Below are positions 38,622-48,560 of a stretch of DNA of 64,000 nt, piece after piece. Position 1 is the first letter of the stretch; each line of letters begins with the position of its first letter. Source of the DNA: Candidatus Anderseniibacteriota bacterium (GTDB lineage: Bacteria > Patescibacteriota > Andersenbacteria > UBA10190); the NCBI GenBank assembly GCA_040876835.1, contig JBBDOX010000016.1, positions 23,414 through 87,413 of the forward strand, in the 5' to 3' direction. Below the pieces are notes generated by a model. The model was not told the origin of the DNA and made no database searches. It saw only the letters and a list, made by a program, of their open reading frames with translations. The position numbers were made by a program, and so were the translations under genes.

Positions 38622-41279
38622 CTATCCTCTGTGCTCTGACGCGTTAATAAGCCCGCACTTTTTGTATTTCTTTCCACTTCCGCATGGACAGGGGTCATTT
38701 CGCCCTACGTCTTTGTAAGCGTTAACAAGCGGGCCAGTAGGCTGCGGCTTCGTATCTGTACGAACCGTACCGGTAGCTCCCTGCTGTTTTTCCTGAGCAA
38801 CCTCTTCGGCAATACTATGTGGGGCCGTTGTTGACTGGTGAACAGCCATTCCTTCATAGCGTTCCTGACGAACAGCTTCGGCGTGATAAATAGTTTCTAC
38901 AAGTGAGTGTTTGATGGTTGCCAGCAGCTGCTGAAATAAGCGATGACCCTCGCGCTGATATTCCACTAACGGATCGCGCTGGCCGTATCCGCGTAGTCCA
39001 ATACCGGTACGCAGATAGTCCATGGTATCAAGGTGCTCCATCCAGTGAGTATCAATTGCTCGCAAAGCGGCAGCTAACTCCAGGCGTTTCATGGTTTCAT
39101 CTCCTAATTCGCTTTTCTTCTCTCGCAGGCGTTCGACAAGAACATCTGTTACCGCCGTCTCTAATAGAGCTTGAGCCTCTTCTGAGGAATCATCCCCTGC
39201 TTTCGTTAGAGTGTCTTTAAATAATGTATGGAGACGGGATAGTTCAATATTCGTTAAAGAGTGAACCGTTTCAGCAATCTCTTCCGCATTCCACATGGAC
39301 TGATCCCCTTCGCCGGTATGAGTCATTACCAGAAGCCGGGCCTCCTCCTGAACCAACTGCTCCACCTGTTCATGAATGGCTGTAGCGTCCCTGTTAGGCT
39401 CTTTCCATTTCTCTTCCCGCAGAATACCGCGGCGTAGAGTATAAATAGCGTTGCGCTGTTTGTTGAGTACGTTGTCGTACGACAACACCTGTTTACGCAT
39501 ATCGAAGTAGTGGCCTTCCACTCGGGTCTGGGCGTTTTCGATTGCCCGACTAATCATCTTGTGCTCAATGGGCTCATCTTCAGGTAGTCGCAGACGCTCC
39601 ATCAGATTTTTAATCCGCTGTCCGCCGAAGATGCGCATGATGTCATCATCAAGACTGACATAAAATTGTGATTCACCCGGATCTCCCTGACGCCCTGATC
39701 GTCCTCGCAGCTGATTATCAATACGACGTGCTTCATGCCGCTCAGTTCCGAGAACCGCCAGACCCCCCACTTCCCGCACGCCTTCTCCCAGCTTAATGTC
39801 TGTTCCTCGTCCGGCCATGTTGGTAGAGATGGTCACGGCCCCCTTTTGACCCGCTTGGCTAACAATCTCAGCTTCCCGGGCGTGTTGTTTGGCATTTAAC
39901 ACCTCATGCCGTACGCCTTCTTTTTGTAGTAGGGCTGACAGATACTCAGATTTTTCAATAGCGATTGTGCCCACCAGGACAGGCTGGCCGGCTGCATGTT
40001 TTTCTTTAATTGTTTTTACTAGAGATCGAAATTTTGCCTGCTCGTCAACGTAAATACGATCTGGTTTGTCAGCTCGAACCATCGCCTGGTTTGTGGGAAT
40101 GACTACTACGTCAACGTTGTATACTTTTTCAAATTCTTCTGCAGAGGTAACGGCTGTTCCGGTCATACCGCCCAGGTGCATATATTCGCGGAAATAGTTC
40201 TGGAAAGTAATCGAAGCCAGCGTTCGGCTTTCCTGCTGGACCTTTACTTTCTCCTTGGCTTCCAGGGCCTGGTGCAGCCCTTCGGAATATCTGCGTCCGG
40301 CCATCAGTCGCCCCGTGAATTCATCGACAATAACCACCTGATTGTCCTGGACAACATAGTCCTTGTCGCGACTGTAGAGTGTATTGGCACGCAGGGCCTG
40401 CTCCAAGTGATGAACAAACCGAACACCCTTGTCAGCATATATGTTATCAATTCCCAGCGACTGCTCAACGAAGGAAATACCCTCATCAGTTAACGTCGCT
40501 GCCCGACGCTTCTCGTCGATGTTATAATGTACGTCTTCCTTCAGAGTAGGTACCAGGTGTGAGAATTGGACATACAGTTCCGTTGATTCAGCATCGGGAG
40601 CGGAAATGATTAGTGGTGTACGGGCTTCGTCAATCAAAATGCTGTCGACTTCATCAACTAGCGCATAATACAACTCGCGCTGAACCATGTCTTCCACCCG
40701 CTGCGACATGTTATCGCGCAGGTAATCAAACCCGAATTCGTTATTCGTCCCGTAGGTAATATCAGCCGCATAGGCCGATCGCTTCTCTTCAGAATTTTGT
40801 CCAGATAGAATGACTCCGATTGATAATCCAAAAAATTCATATACCGGACGCATCCACTCCGCATCGCGCTGAGCCAGATAGTCATTGACCGTAACCAGAT
40901 GTGCTCCTTTTCCGACTAAGGCATTCATAACAAGCGGGAGGGTGGCAACGAGTGTTTTTCCCTCTCCAGTTTTCATTTCCGCAATATTATCGCGTAGCAG
41001 GGCCAGGCCCCCCATAAGCTGAACGTCGAAGTGACGCATCTGAAGCATGCGTTTACTGGCCTCTCGAATGGCGGCGAATATTTCCGGTACGACCGCCTCA
41101 ATCTCTTTACGGGGCTTTCCTTTGTGTTGGATGACAACCTGTTTGAGTTCCTCGTCTGATAGGCTCTGCATCTTCGGTTCTAAGGCATTGATAGCAGCAA
41201 CCTTTGGGCGATACTGTTGTGCCGCCTTTTCATGACGGGAAGTGCCGCCAAAGCCCAGTTTTTGCAAAAATGTAGCCAT
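38622..41279 (-). CDS. secA: preprotein translocase ATPase SecA
   Basis: 885 aa with DEAD-like motor motifs and a C-terminal zinc-binding tail CPCGSGKKYKKC. Confidence 0.9.
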   Translation of the reverse strand: MATFLQKLGFGGTSRHEKAAQQYRPKVAAINALEPKMQSLSDEELKQVVIQHKGKPRKEIEAVVPEIFAAIREASKRMLQMRHFDVQLMGGLALLRDNIAEMKTGEGKTLVATLPLVMNALVGKGAHLVTVNDYLAQRDAEWMRPVYEFFGLSIGVILSGQNSEEKRSAYAADITYGTNNEFGFDYLRDNMSQRVEDMVQRELYYALVDEVDSILIDEARTPLIISAPDAESTELYVQFSHLVPTLKEDVHYNIDEKRRAATLTDEGISFVEQSLGIDNIYADKGVRFVHHLEQALRANTLYSRDKDYVVQDNQVVIVDEFTGRLMAGRRYSEGLHQALEAKEKVKVQQESRTLASITFQNYFREYMHLGGMTGTAVTSAEEFEKVYNVDVVVIPTNQAMVRADKPDRIYVDEQAKFRSLVKTIKEKHAAGQPVLVGTIAIEKSEYLSALLQKEGVRHEVLNAKQHAREAEIVSQAGQKGAVTISTNMAGRGTDIKLGEGVREVGGLAVLGTERHEARRIDNQLRGRSGRQGDPGESQFYVSLDDDIMRIFGGQRIKNLMERLRLPEDEPIEHKMISRAIENAQTRVEGHYFDMRKQVLSYDNVLNKQRNAIYTLRRGILREEKWKEPNRDATAIHEQVEQLVQEEARLLVMTHTGEGDQSMWNAEEIAETVHSLTNIELSRLHTLFKDTLTKAGDDSSEEAQALLETAVTDVLVERLREKKSELGDETMKRLELAAALRAIDTHWMEHLDTMDYLRTGIGLRGYGQRDPLVEYQREGHRLFQQLLATIKHSLVETIYHAEAVRQERYEGMAVHQSTTAPHSIAEEVAQEKQQGATGTVRTDTKPQPTGPLVNAYKDVGRNDPCPCGSGKKYKKCGLINASEHRG

Positions 41280-41334
41280 ATGTAATACAGGCAGAGTACC
41301 GGCTTTAGGGCCTGCTTAGCAAGGAGAGTTGAAA

Positions 41335-41640
41335 TCAGGAATGCTTTTTTCGCTTGCCGTGAGCTTTCTCCAGCTCATTGCGTAACGCTTCAAGGGTTTG
41401 ATCAATTGCTGTCTGAATATCATCCGCACTGCGATCGGCATGATAGACCTTTTTCCCTTGCTGAATGTTAACAATACAGCCGACGGCATTACCGTGGAGA
41501 TGACGAGTGCTGTGGCTTAGGGTGACGTCAATCATAAAAGGCGGGAGGAGGTGTTTCTTCAATCGATCCATCTTTTTATCCAGCTGTTCCTGATCAAAGT
41601 CTGAAAGTTCAATGTGATCGAGCCGCAGATTATATTTCAT
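41335..41640 (-). CDS. hpf: ribosome hibernation promoting factor (RaiA/HPF, short form)
   Basis: 101 aa with the sigma-54 modulation / S30AE fold sequence pattern. Confidence 0.75.
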   Translation of the reverse strand: MKYNLRLDHIELSDFDQEQLDKKMDRLKKHLLPPFMIDVTLSHSTRHLHGNAVGCIVNIQQGKKVYHADRSADDIQTAIDQTLEALRNELEKAHGKRKKHS

Positions 41641-41683
41641 ACACTCAACAAATCTTAAGGATGAATACGCCTAGGATACCACA

Positions 41684-42841
41684 TCAAGTGTTCCGCAAGA
41701 TCAAGGCTTCTTCAACTAGTTTTTGCATTTCAGTCTGAAACCGGATACGGGAAAACTGCAGGGCTTGTCTCTGCAGTATGTTTGGCAGAAAGCTGCCCTC
41801 GAGCAGCAGGAATTGGCGAACTGCCTCAGCCAGGGCTTCACTTCGTTGCTCCTGGTAGAGATAGCCGTGACGGCGATGTTCAACGATTTCCAGGACACCA
41901 CCAGCTCCGTAGGCAATAACGGGGGTGCCGCAGGCCAAGGCCTCAACTGCAGCCATGCCGAAGTCCTCGGTCCCCGGCTGAATCAGAGCTCGCGCCTGGC
42001 GCAGATATGTCCGGAGCTGGTCAGGCGAGGCCTTGCCGACAAATGTTGTGTGCTTGCCGGCAATTTTTCGTAGACGCGATTCGTAGTGTCCAGTACCAAT
42101 AACCACTAACGGCAGCTGTAGCTTTTCGCAAACAGTAATTGCCTGCTCGAAGTATTTGGCGGGTGTGAGTCGGCCCACGACCACAAACGGATCCTGGCTG
42201 GACCAGAGCCGCTCACTTGATTTCGGCGTAAAAAAAGCGGTTTCGATAGGCGGATACACGACTGTGCTTTCCCTGCGGTAGTATGCGGCAATCCGCTGCG
42301 CGGTATATCGGGAGTTGGCAATTAGTTTGTCCGGACGCTGAGCGGCTGAGAAATCAGCCACGCGCAGGTAGTGCTGGAGAACAGACAGACCACCTTTGAT
42401 TATTATGTTTCTATTCTGAGCTACGGTGTGGCTCTCCTCCCACAGGTAGCGCGGAGGGGTATGAACGTAGCTGATGTGAGGAATAGAGGAGCGAGTGATA
42501 ACACCCTTGGCGAACCCGCTCGAGCTGCTGATTACGAGATCGTACCGGGAGAGATCAAACTGCTCAACCGCGTGAGGCAAGAGCGGCAGGACGCGTCCGG
42601 GGTGCCGGCGAAACCACAGCGGCCACTTCTGGATAAAGGTGGTGTGAATTAGATAAGTCTTCTCTCCAACGGTTATCGAGGGGGTATTACCGCTATACAG
42701 TGCATATACGTCTGACTGCGGGAAAAGGCGTATAAGTTCCTCGAACACCCGTTCAGCGCCGCCGCGGCGAATCAGTTCATCGTGAACGAGGGCAATTCTA
42801 GGAAAACTGGACATCAAGTCACGATAACCAAGCATGGCCAC
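41684..42841 (-). CDS. family-4 glycosyltransferase (GT-B)
   Basis: 385 aa with the C-terminal EX7E-type motif region (E..GMAAVEALACGTPV). Confidence 0.75.
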   Translation of the reverse strand: MAMLGYRDLMSSFPRIALVHDELIRRGGAERVFEELIRLFPQSDVYALYSGNTPSITVGEKTYLIHTTFIQKWPLWFRRHPGRVLPLLPHAVEQFDLSRYDLVISSSSGFAKGVITRSSIPHISYVHTPPRYLWEESHTVAQNRNIIIKGGLSVLQHYLRVADFSAAQRPDKLIANSRYTAQRIAAYYRRESTVVYPPIETAFFTPKSSERLWSSQDPFVVVGRLTPAKYFEQAITVCEKLQLPLVVIGTGHYESRLRKIAGKHTTFVGKASPDQLRTYLRQARALIQPGTEDFGMAAVEALACGTPVIAYGAGGVLEIVEHRRHGYLYQEQRSEALAEAVRQFLLLEGSFLPNILQRQALQFSRIRFQTEMQKLVEEALILRNT

Positions 42842-42883
42842 TTACGCAACAAATGAAAAAGGCCCTGGTGGCCTTGGAGCTTG

Positions 42884-43087
42884 CTACAGTCCACTGTCAT
42901 AGCAGGCGTCTGCTCCGATCGCACAGCCTGTACATATGTCACTGGTGGCCAGGTAGGAAGCAGCCAGGAAGTTTTTCTGACAGACAGTACACCGAATCGT
43001 TTCAAAAACCGGCGGAGGTGGCACCTCTTTCTTCTGGCGAGGAGTTTCAGGGAGCGTAGTAACCTGGAGCTGCGTAATCACGAACAA
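42884..43087 (-). CDS. small zinc-ribbon protein (about 65 aa)
   Basis: AGGAGG is followed 6 nt later by GTG (43081); the ORF track uses the TTG at 43087. The protein has CTVC.x19.CTGC, which looks like a Cys4 ribbon. It lies 42 nt upstream of the glycosyltransferase and 64 nt downstream of the second mreB. Confidence 0.4.
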   Translation of the reverse strand: MFVITQLQVTTLPETPRQKKEVPPPPVFETIRCTVCQKNFLAASYLATSDICTGCAIGADACYDSGL

Positions 43088-43151
43088 CCTCCTGTGTCGT
43101 GGTCGAATGTATTGAACGTATATTGCTCAATACATATTCATAATACTCCAG

Positions 43152-44162
43152 TTACTTTGTTAGTAGAATGCTTCGTTTATAAGCATCAAGATTTTCCAGC
43201 GCCGCTCCTGCTCCTTTGACCACGCACACGAGCGGATCATCAGCGATATAGCAGGGCACTTGAGTAGCTTGGGAGATGAGCTGATCAATATTTTTTAGTA
43301 ACGCTCCCCCACCGCTGACTACAATCCCCTTATCAATAACATCTGCAGCCAACTCCGGTGGGGTCTCCTGCAGCACGTGCTTTATGGCTTGCAGCATCTC
43401 GATTAATGGATCACGCAGGGCCTCGGTAATTTCAGATGAACTGATAATCACTTCTTTTGGTAGACCAGAGCTTAAGTCTCGGCCTCGGACTTTCATCTGG
43501 CGAGGCTCTTCTTCATGAATAGCTGAGCCAATGTGTTTCTTGATATGCTCAGCTGTTGGTTCGCCAACTAACAGTCCGTATCGTTTTCGCACGTGTTCAG
43601 CGATTGCGCGATCAAATACGTTACCTCCCACACGTGCTGAGTGAGCGGCAACTATTCCGCCGAGCGAGATAACAGCGACTTCTGTCGTGCCGCCGCCAAT
43701 ATCAACAATCATATGTCCCGAGCTTTCACCAATTGGAATGTTGGCGCCGATTGCCGCTGCTACGGGTTCTTTGATTAAATAGGCAGCTTTAGCCCCGGCA
43801 GATAAGGCTGCATCAACAACTGCGCGCCGTTCAGTACTGGTAATACCGGCCGGAACCGAGACTAACACCTCGGGCCGTAAAAACTTAACTGAAGCCCCGG
43901 TTTGTTTAAGCAAATATCGCAGCATGGCTTCGGTGACACGATAGTCGGCGATTACTCCGTCTTTGAGTGGCCGGTGGGCCACAATCGTTTCGGGGGTTCG
44001 CCCGATCATGTCTTCCGCTTCTTTCCCGATTGCCAGTACTGCATTGTCATCCAGAGAGACAGCCACAACCGAAGGCTCGTTTAAAACGATCCCCTTTCTG
44101 GGAACATACATAAGTGTACTGGTTGTCCCTAAATCAATCGCTATTTTCCGCGTCCAAGCCAT
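43152..44162 (-). CDS. second MreB/Mbl-like actin homolog
   Basis: 336 aa with the motifs IDLGTTSTLMYV and MIVDIGGGTTEVAVISLGGIV. It is a clear paralog of the mreB at 29768..30826. Confidence 0.8.
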   Translation of the reverse strand: MAWTRKIAIDLGTTSTLMYVPRKGIVLNEPSVVAVSLDDNAVLAIGKEAEDMIGRTPETIVAHRPLKDGVIADYRVTEAMLRYLLKQTGASVKFLRPEVLVSVPAGITSTERRAVVDAALSAGAKAAYLIKEPVAAAIGANIPIGESSGHMIVDIGGGTTEVAVISLGGIVAAHSARVGGNVFDRAIAEHVRKRYGLLVGEPTAEHIKKHIGSAIHEEEPRQMKVRGRDLSSGLPKEVIISSSEITEALRDPLIEMLQAIKHVLQETPPELAADVIDKGIVVSGGGALLKNIDQLISQATQVPCYIADDPLVCVVKGAGAALENLDAYKRSILLTK

Positions 44163-44170
44163 AATATATC

Positions 44171-45442
44171 CTACTCTTTTCGTGTAATATCTGCGCCCAT
44201 TGCCTGTAGGCGCTCAGTTAACTGAGCATACCCGCGGTCTATGATTTCCGCATGGTCAATAATTGTCTGCCCCTGGGCTGTTAGGCCCGCCATCAGGAGC
44301 GTAGCCCCTGCCCGAATATCCAGGCTGGGAATGCGCTTGCCAGTCAGCGACGTAGGTCCGGTAATAATAACCCGATGCGGGTCACACATAATAGCATCCG
44401 CTCCCATTTTAATTAACTCATTAATGTGCTTGAAGCGACCCTCGTACATAGGGTCATGGATTAAGGAGCTCCCCTGAACCTGGGTGGCAATGACCGAGAA
44501 AGGCGCTTGGAGGTCTGTTGCAATACCAGGATACGGTAATGTCTGTACTTTGAAGGAACGCATCTTGCTGGGTTTAATATGTACGGATGATAGTCCGTCT
44601 GCACCATTCTCTATCTCATACGTCACACCAATATCATCAAGCTTTTTAAAAAACAGCAACAAATCATCTGCCGGAACGCCTCGAACTGTCGCCGTTGATT
44701 GTGTGGCTGCGGCCAGGAGGATAAAAAGGCCGGCCTCCAGCATGTCCTGAATGTTTGTGAACGAGGCTCCCTTCAAATTTTTGCTGCCCTCAATCGTAAT
44801 CGTATGCGTGCCGGCACCGGTAATGCGAGCTCCCATATGTGTGAGCAGATTAGCTAAAGCAACTACGTGAGGTTCAGCTGCAGCGATTTCAATAACAGAC
44901 GTGCCGGGCAAGGCTGCACAAGCCAGCAGCATATTTTCAGTGGCCGTAACGGAAAACTCTCGTAGCACAACCCGTCCAGCTTTCATATTCGCTCCGTCAA
45001 TTATTACCATGTCGTTTTCTTCGGAAATGGTGGCGTTTAGCTGAGCAAATCCATCAAGGTGGACATCAATTGGCCGAGCTCCAATAATATCTCCTCCGGG
45101 GCGAGGCAGGGTTACCCGCCCCGCTCGTCCTAACAGTGATCCCATCAGAAGAATAGACCCGCGCAGGGCACCAACGTCTTCAGCAGAGATCTCCTCAGCT
45201 GAGATGTCGGAAGCCTGTATAGTTAAAGCTTCGTTATCATATTCCACAGTTGCTCCCAGCGAGCGAAGAATTGTACTCATGCGGTCTACGTCAGAGATCG
45301 GCGGGATATTGGAAAGCTCTACCGGCTCTGAAGTCAGGAGCGCTGCAGCCATAAGTGGCAGGGCCGCGTTTTTCGAGCCCAGTACCGTGATTTCCCCTGA
45401 CAACTGTTTTCCACCCTGTATAACAAATTGAGACATATGCAA
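44171..45442 (-). CDS. murA: UDP-N-acetylglucosamine 1-carboxyvinyltransferase
   Basis: 423 aa with the EPT fold and the catalytic Cys region (GANMKAGRV.). Confidence 0.9.
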   Translation of the reverse strand: MHMSQFVIQGGKQLSGEITVLGSKNAALPLMAAALLTSEPVELSNIPPISDVDRMSTILRSLGATVEYDNEALTIQASDISAEEISAEDVGALRGSILLMGSLLGRAGRVTLPRPGGDIIGARPIDVHLDGFAQLNATISEENDMVIIDGANMKAGRVVLREFSVTATENMLLACAALPGTSVIEIAAAEPHVVALANLLTHMGARITGAGTHTITIEGSKNLKGASFTNIQDMLEAGLFILLAAATQSTATVRGVPADDLLLFFKKLDDIGVTYEIENGADGLSSVHIKPSKMRSFKVQTLPYPGIATDLQAPFSVIATQVQGSSLIHDPMYEGRFKHINELIKMGADAIMCDPHRVIITGPTSLTGKRIPSLDIRAGATLLMAGLTAQGQTIIDHAEIIDRGYAQLTERLQAMGADITRKE

Positions 45443-45533
45443 AGTATCAAGGATACACTAACAACTAGCAAGTAGCACGAAGAAGAGGTTACTTGTGGGC
45501 TAATACTTGCTACTCTATACTTGCTGTTCACCT

Positions 45534-46886
45534 ATGAATCGTCTCATTCGCCGCATATTATTACTGGCTTCATTCCTGGCCTTTATCGCTATCGCTCCAG
45601 CTATTGTGCTGTATGCCGTGGGGTATCGCCCTCCAGTTAGCGGAATCATTGTTCCTGATCCCGTCGGCGTGTTGCTGCTCGACGCTTTTCCCAAACGCGC
45701 CCAGGTTACGGTCAATGACAGTACCGCAAGTCGTGTACCCGGAGCAGTATCTAATCTTGCGCCGGGCAACGTTCGGGTACATATATTCAAAGATGGGTAC
45801 GTGTCGTGGGAAAAGAATTTACCGATAGAGCCCGCGCGAGCAACCGAAGCCCGGGATGTGCGCCTGTTTCCCCAGACTCCCGATACTGAAATAGTATTAA
45901 GAAACGTAGAAGATTTTTCTTTAGCTCCTAACCGTTCATTAATCGCTGCTGTATCTTCAGATAACACGCTGCAGATTATGCGCCAGAATGAGGAGTCTCT
46001 AGTCACACCCATCACCCTGCCTGCCCGCCCCCTCCATATACTGTGGTCGCCGGATAGCACATTGCTTTTGCTCACCTATCCTAACCGCATCCCCTCTATT
46101 GTTGATGTGACAGATAAAAGGGGGCAGGTTGTTCCGCTACCGGAATTAGCCAAAGCTACAAACGTTCAGTGGGATCCGCGGGTGCCGGGACGGCTACTCT
46201 TCCTGCTTCCGGACCATGTGCTGATGGCGATGAGTATATCCTCAGGTACTTCAACTCGTTTAGGGTCAGACATCACATCGTTCGCCTTAAGCTCAAAGAA
46301 TATCTATGCCCTTACTACGAAGGGAGAATTCAATCGATATAATCTGCAGGGTCAGTTTATCCGTCGTATTCAAACTGTGCAGGATCCTGTGAAGACCATT
46401 GCTGTCACTCCCGCTGGAGCGATAGCGCTGCATTTTGAGGACAGTCGCGTAGTTGTACTGAACGAGGACCAGCAGCTCCAGGAGATTGTTTCCACTGCGC
46501 AAAAGATTAGCTGGTCGCCAGATGGACGAATGCTGATGATGCAGACAGCTGGTAATGAGTTACATGTATATAATGTTGCTAACGAGCGGCGTCCTGATAT
46601 TCTCGTCAATCAAATGCGGCTGATTGTCCGTCTGTCCCGACCGATTAGTGACCCGCAGTGGTTCGCCGGCGGTAATCACCTTATCTATCAGGTGGATGAT
46701 CAGATTATTATCTCTGAAATCGATACTCGCGACTATCCGGCAACGTATACACTGGATTCTACAAATACCGGAAGTGCGCGCATCTCAGTTGGCGAAGAAG
46801 GTCATGGAGTATTCTATCTCAAGCGGGATGCTACTTCTCAGAGCCTCGTATTTAGTCATTTACTGATCGCATCCGACAGAACGTAG
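45534..46886 (+). CDS. PEGA-domain plus beta-propeller (TolB/WD40-like) membrane-anchored protein
   Basis: The start is uncertain: TTG at 45507 or ATG at 45534. The protein has an N-terminal transmembrane helix, a PEGA-like beta domain (VTVNDS..VRVHIFKDGYVSWEK) and then repeated propeller blades (WSPDS, WSPDG). Confidence 0.5.
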   Translation: MNRLIRRILLLASFLAFIAIAPAIVLYAVGYRPPVSGIIVPDPVGVLLLDAFPKRAQVTVNDSTASRVPGAVSNLAPGNVRVHIFKDGYVSWEKNLPIEPARATEARDVRLFPQTPDTEIVLRNVEDFSLAPNRSLIAAVSSDNTLQIMRQNEESLVTPITLPARPLHILWSPDSTLLLLTYPNRIPSIVDVTDKRGQVVPLPELAKATNVQWDPRVPGRLLFLLPDHVLMAMSISSGTSTRLGSDITSFALSSKNIYALTTKGEFNRYNLQGQFIRRIQTVQDPVKTIAVTPAGAIALHFEDSRVVVLNEDQQLQEIVSTAQKISWSPDGRMLMMQTAGNELHVYNVANERRPDILVNQMRLIVRLSRPISDPQWFAGGNHLIYQVDDQIIISEIDTRDYPATYTLDSTNTGSARISVGEEGHGVFYLKRDATSQSLVFSHLLIASDRT

Positions 46887-46891
46887 TAAAA

Positions 46892-46919
46892 GAAAAAACC
46901 ATATCATCGTTGGACATGG
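46892..46919 (-). terminator. rho-independent terminator of csrA
   Basis: On the minus strand CCATGTC, a 7-nt loop, GATATGG (one G-U pair), then TTTTTTC. Confidence 0.5.
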
Positions 46920-46950
46920 CCTGTTGCTGGAATGGACGGGAAAAGAAAGT

Positions 46951-47178
46951 TCAGGTGGCGGAGGGCACATCGCTTGGCTTCTCCGTCTTCCCTTTTTCCT
47001 TTCTGGACCACTCTTCTCCCCGCAGGATTGCCTCATACACCTCCTGCCGGTGCACGGGAACCTCCTTTGGGGCCTCGATTCCCAGCCGCACCTTGTCTCC
47101 CCGGATGTCGACCACCGTGATCACGATGTTCCCGTCGATGACCACGCGCTCATTCTTCTTTCGACTCAGCACCAGCAT
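46951..47178 (-). CDS. csrA: carbon storage regulator CsrA (RsmA family RNA-binding protein)
   Basis: 75 aa beginning MLVLSRKKNERVVIDGNIVITVVDIRGDKVRLGIEAPKEVPVHRQEV, the canonical CsrA core. An AGGAGG RBS sits 7 nt upstream. Codons are strongly G/C-ending (about 58% GC), unlike the flanking genes. Confidence 0.8.
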   Translation of the reverse strand: MLVLSRKKNERVVIDGNIVITVVDIRGDKVRLGIEAPKEVPVHRQEVYEAILRGEEWSRKEKGKTEKPSDVPSAT

Positions 47179-47289
47179 GTGAGGTCCTCCTACTGTGGCG
47201 GGATAGAATCGACGCGGCCTGCGTCGAGGGTGGGTTAAGTGAGAAATGGAAAAATACCAATGAACAAGCCACTACTATACACACTATAC

Positions 47290-47320
47290 ACAAAAATACA
47301 ACCCCGATAGGGGGGGTTGT
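47290..47320 (-). terminator. rho-independent terminator of the rplM-rpsI operon
   Basis: On the minus strand ACAACCCC, loop, GGGGTTGT, followed by ATTTTTG. Confidence 0.55.
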
Positions 47321-47327
47321 ATTGATA

Positions 47328-47729
47328 TTAGCGCTTGCTGAACTGTGGGGCTCTACGGGCACCTTTGAGACCCGGCTTTTTTCGCTCTTTCGCTCGCGGA
47401 TCTCTGGTTAACAGGCCGGCCTTGCGGAGCTGCTTTTTGTATCCGTCATCAACTGATATTAAAGCTCGAGCCATCGCTAAGCTCAAAGCCACTGCTTGAG
47501 CCAGCTTGCCGCCGCCGTGAACCTTTACAGAAAACCCATACTGATCATCCTGTGAAGATGTTGTCAGGGTTCGCAGCGCAGTCGCCCGCATTGTTTCGGT
47601 GGTGAAATATGATTCAAATGGCTGACCGTTAACACTTCGAGCCTTATCTTCTGTCGTCAGCAGCACCTGAGCTACTGCCGTCTTGCGGCGTCCCATTCCG
47701 TAAATGCCTTTCTTTGTTGAGTCATTCAT
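47328..47729 (-). CDS. rpsI: 30S ribosomal protein S9
   Basis: 133 aa with a conserved C-terminus .RRAPQFSKR. Confidence 0.9.
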   Translation of the reverse strand: MNDSTKKGIYGMGRRKTAVAQVLLTTEDKARSVNGQPFESYFTTETMRATALRTLTTSSQDDQYGFSVKVHGGGKLAQAVALSLAMARALISVDDGYKKQLRKAGLLTRDPRAKERKKPGLKGARRAPQFSKR

Positions 47730-47739
47730 AATTAAAGGG

Positions 47740-48162
47740 TTACTTTATTTGAGCCTGGTGAGGATGTTCTGTTCCTTTGTAGAGCAGGAGATTCTGCAGG
47801 CGATGCGCTCTCAGACTGTTCTTGGGTAACATACCGGAAACGGCCTGTTCAAACACCTCGCGTGAATCAAGCTGCAGCTGTCGGCTTAAACTGCGCTCTT
47901 TCAATCCTCCGGGATGACCTGTGTAATGCCGGTACATTTTTTGCTCCAGTTTGTTACCGGTGACCTTAACCTTATCGGTATTTACGACCACCACGCGTAC
48001 GGGCGCTACTAGATGCGGAGCGAAATCAGGACGGTGTTTACCCAGCAGTAGCTCAGCCACTCCCGTTGCCGCCCGACCGAGCGGTTGGGTGCTGGCGTCG
48101 ATAAGGTGCCACTCGAACCGAGTGTCTTTGGCCTTTGTGTCTTGTGAATCTTCTTTAGACAT
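47740..48162 (-). CDS. rplM: 50S ribosomal protein L13
   Basis: 140 aa with the L13 signature. It lies upstream of rpsI. Confidence 0.9.
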   Translation of the reverse strand: MSKEDSQDTKAKDTRFEWHLIDASTQPLGRAATGVAELLLGKHRPDFAPHLVAPVRVVVVNTDKVKVTGNKLEQKMYRHYTGHPGGLKERSLSRQLQLDSREVFEQAVSGMLPKNSLRAHRLQNLLLYKGTEHPHQAQIK

Positions 48163-48177
48163 ACAGTGGAGTTGTCT

Positions 48178-48537
48178 CTATTTAGTATCAATAATATCAA
48201 CACGCATTTCTCGCGCAGCATCAGTACGGGTGATCGGCAGGCGTGTCAGGCGTATATATCCGCCCGGGCGCTTGCTGTTTGCCTTAGCAATGTCAGTAAG
48301 TCGTAGTAAGTCCGTCTTGTGCATTAAGCGGGACAGCAACACACGACGGTTAGGGAGCGTCATTTCTAGCTTGGCGCGGGAAATGAGAGGTTCGATATGC
48401 TTGCGTAGTTCCTTTGCCTTCGCTTCCGTTGTGACAATCGAACCATGCTCAAGCAACGAACTGGTTAGGTTCTGTAACAGGTGGGTCCGATCTCTGCTGG
48501 TGCGGCCCAATATTCGGTTGCTGTGCTTATGTCGCAT
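48178..48537 (-). CDS. rplQ: 50S ribosomal protein L17
   Basis: 119 aa beginning MRHKHSNRILGRTSRDR. It lies downstream of rpoA. Confidence 0.9.
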   Translation of the reverse strand: MRHKHSNRILGRTSRDRTHLLQNLTSSLLEHGSIVTTEAKAKELRKHIEPLISRAKLEMTLPNRRVLLSRLMHKTDLLRLTDIAKANSKRPGGYIRLTRLPITRTDAAREMRVDIIDTK

Positions 48538-48560
48538 GATCTCTCGTATATATTACTTAG

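Noticed and set aside
45515-46075. 186-aa minus-strand ORF antisense to the PEGA/propeller gene
   Set aside because: Antisense artefact with no RBS and a low-complexity translation.
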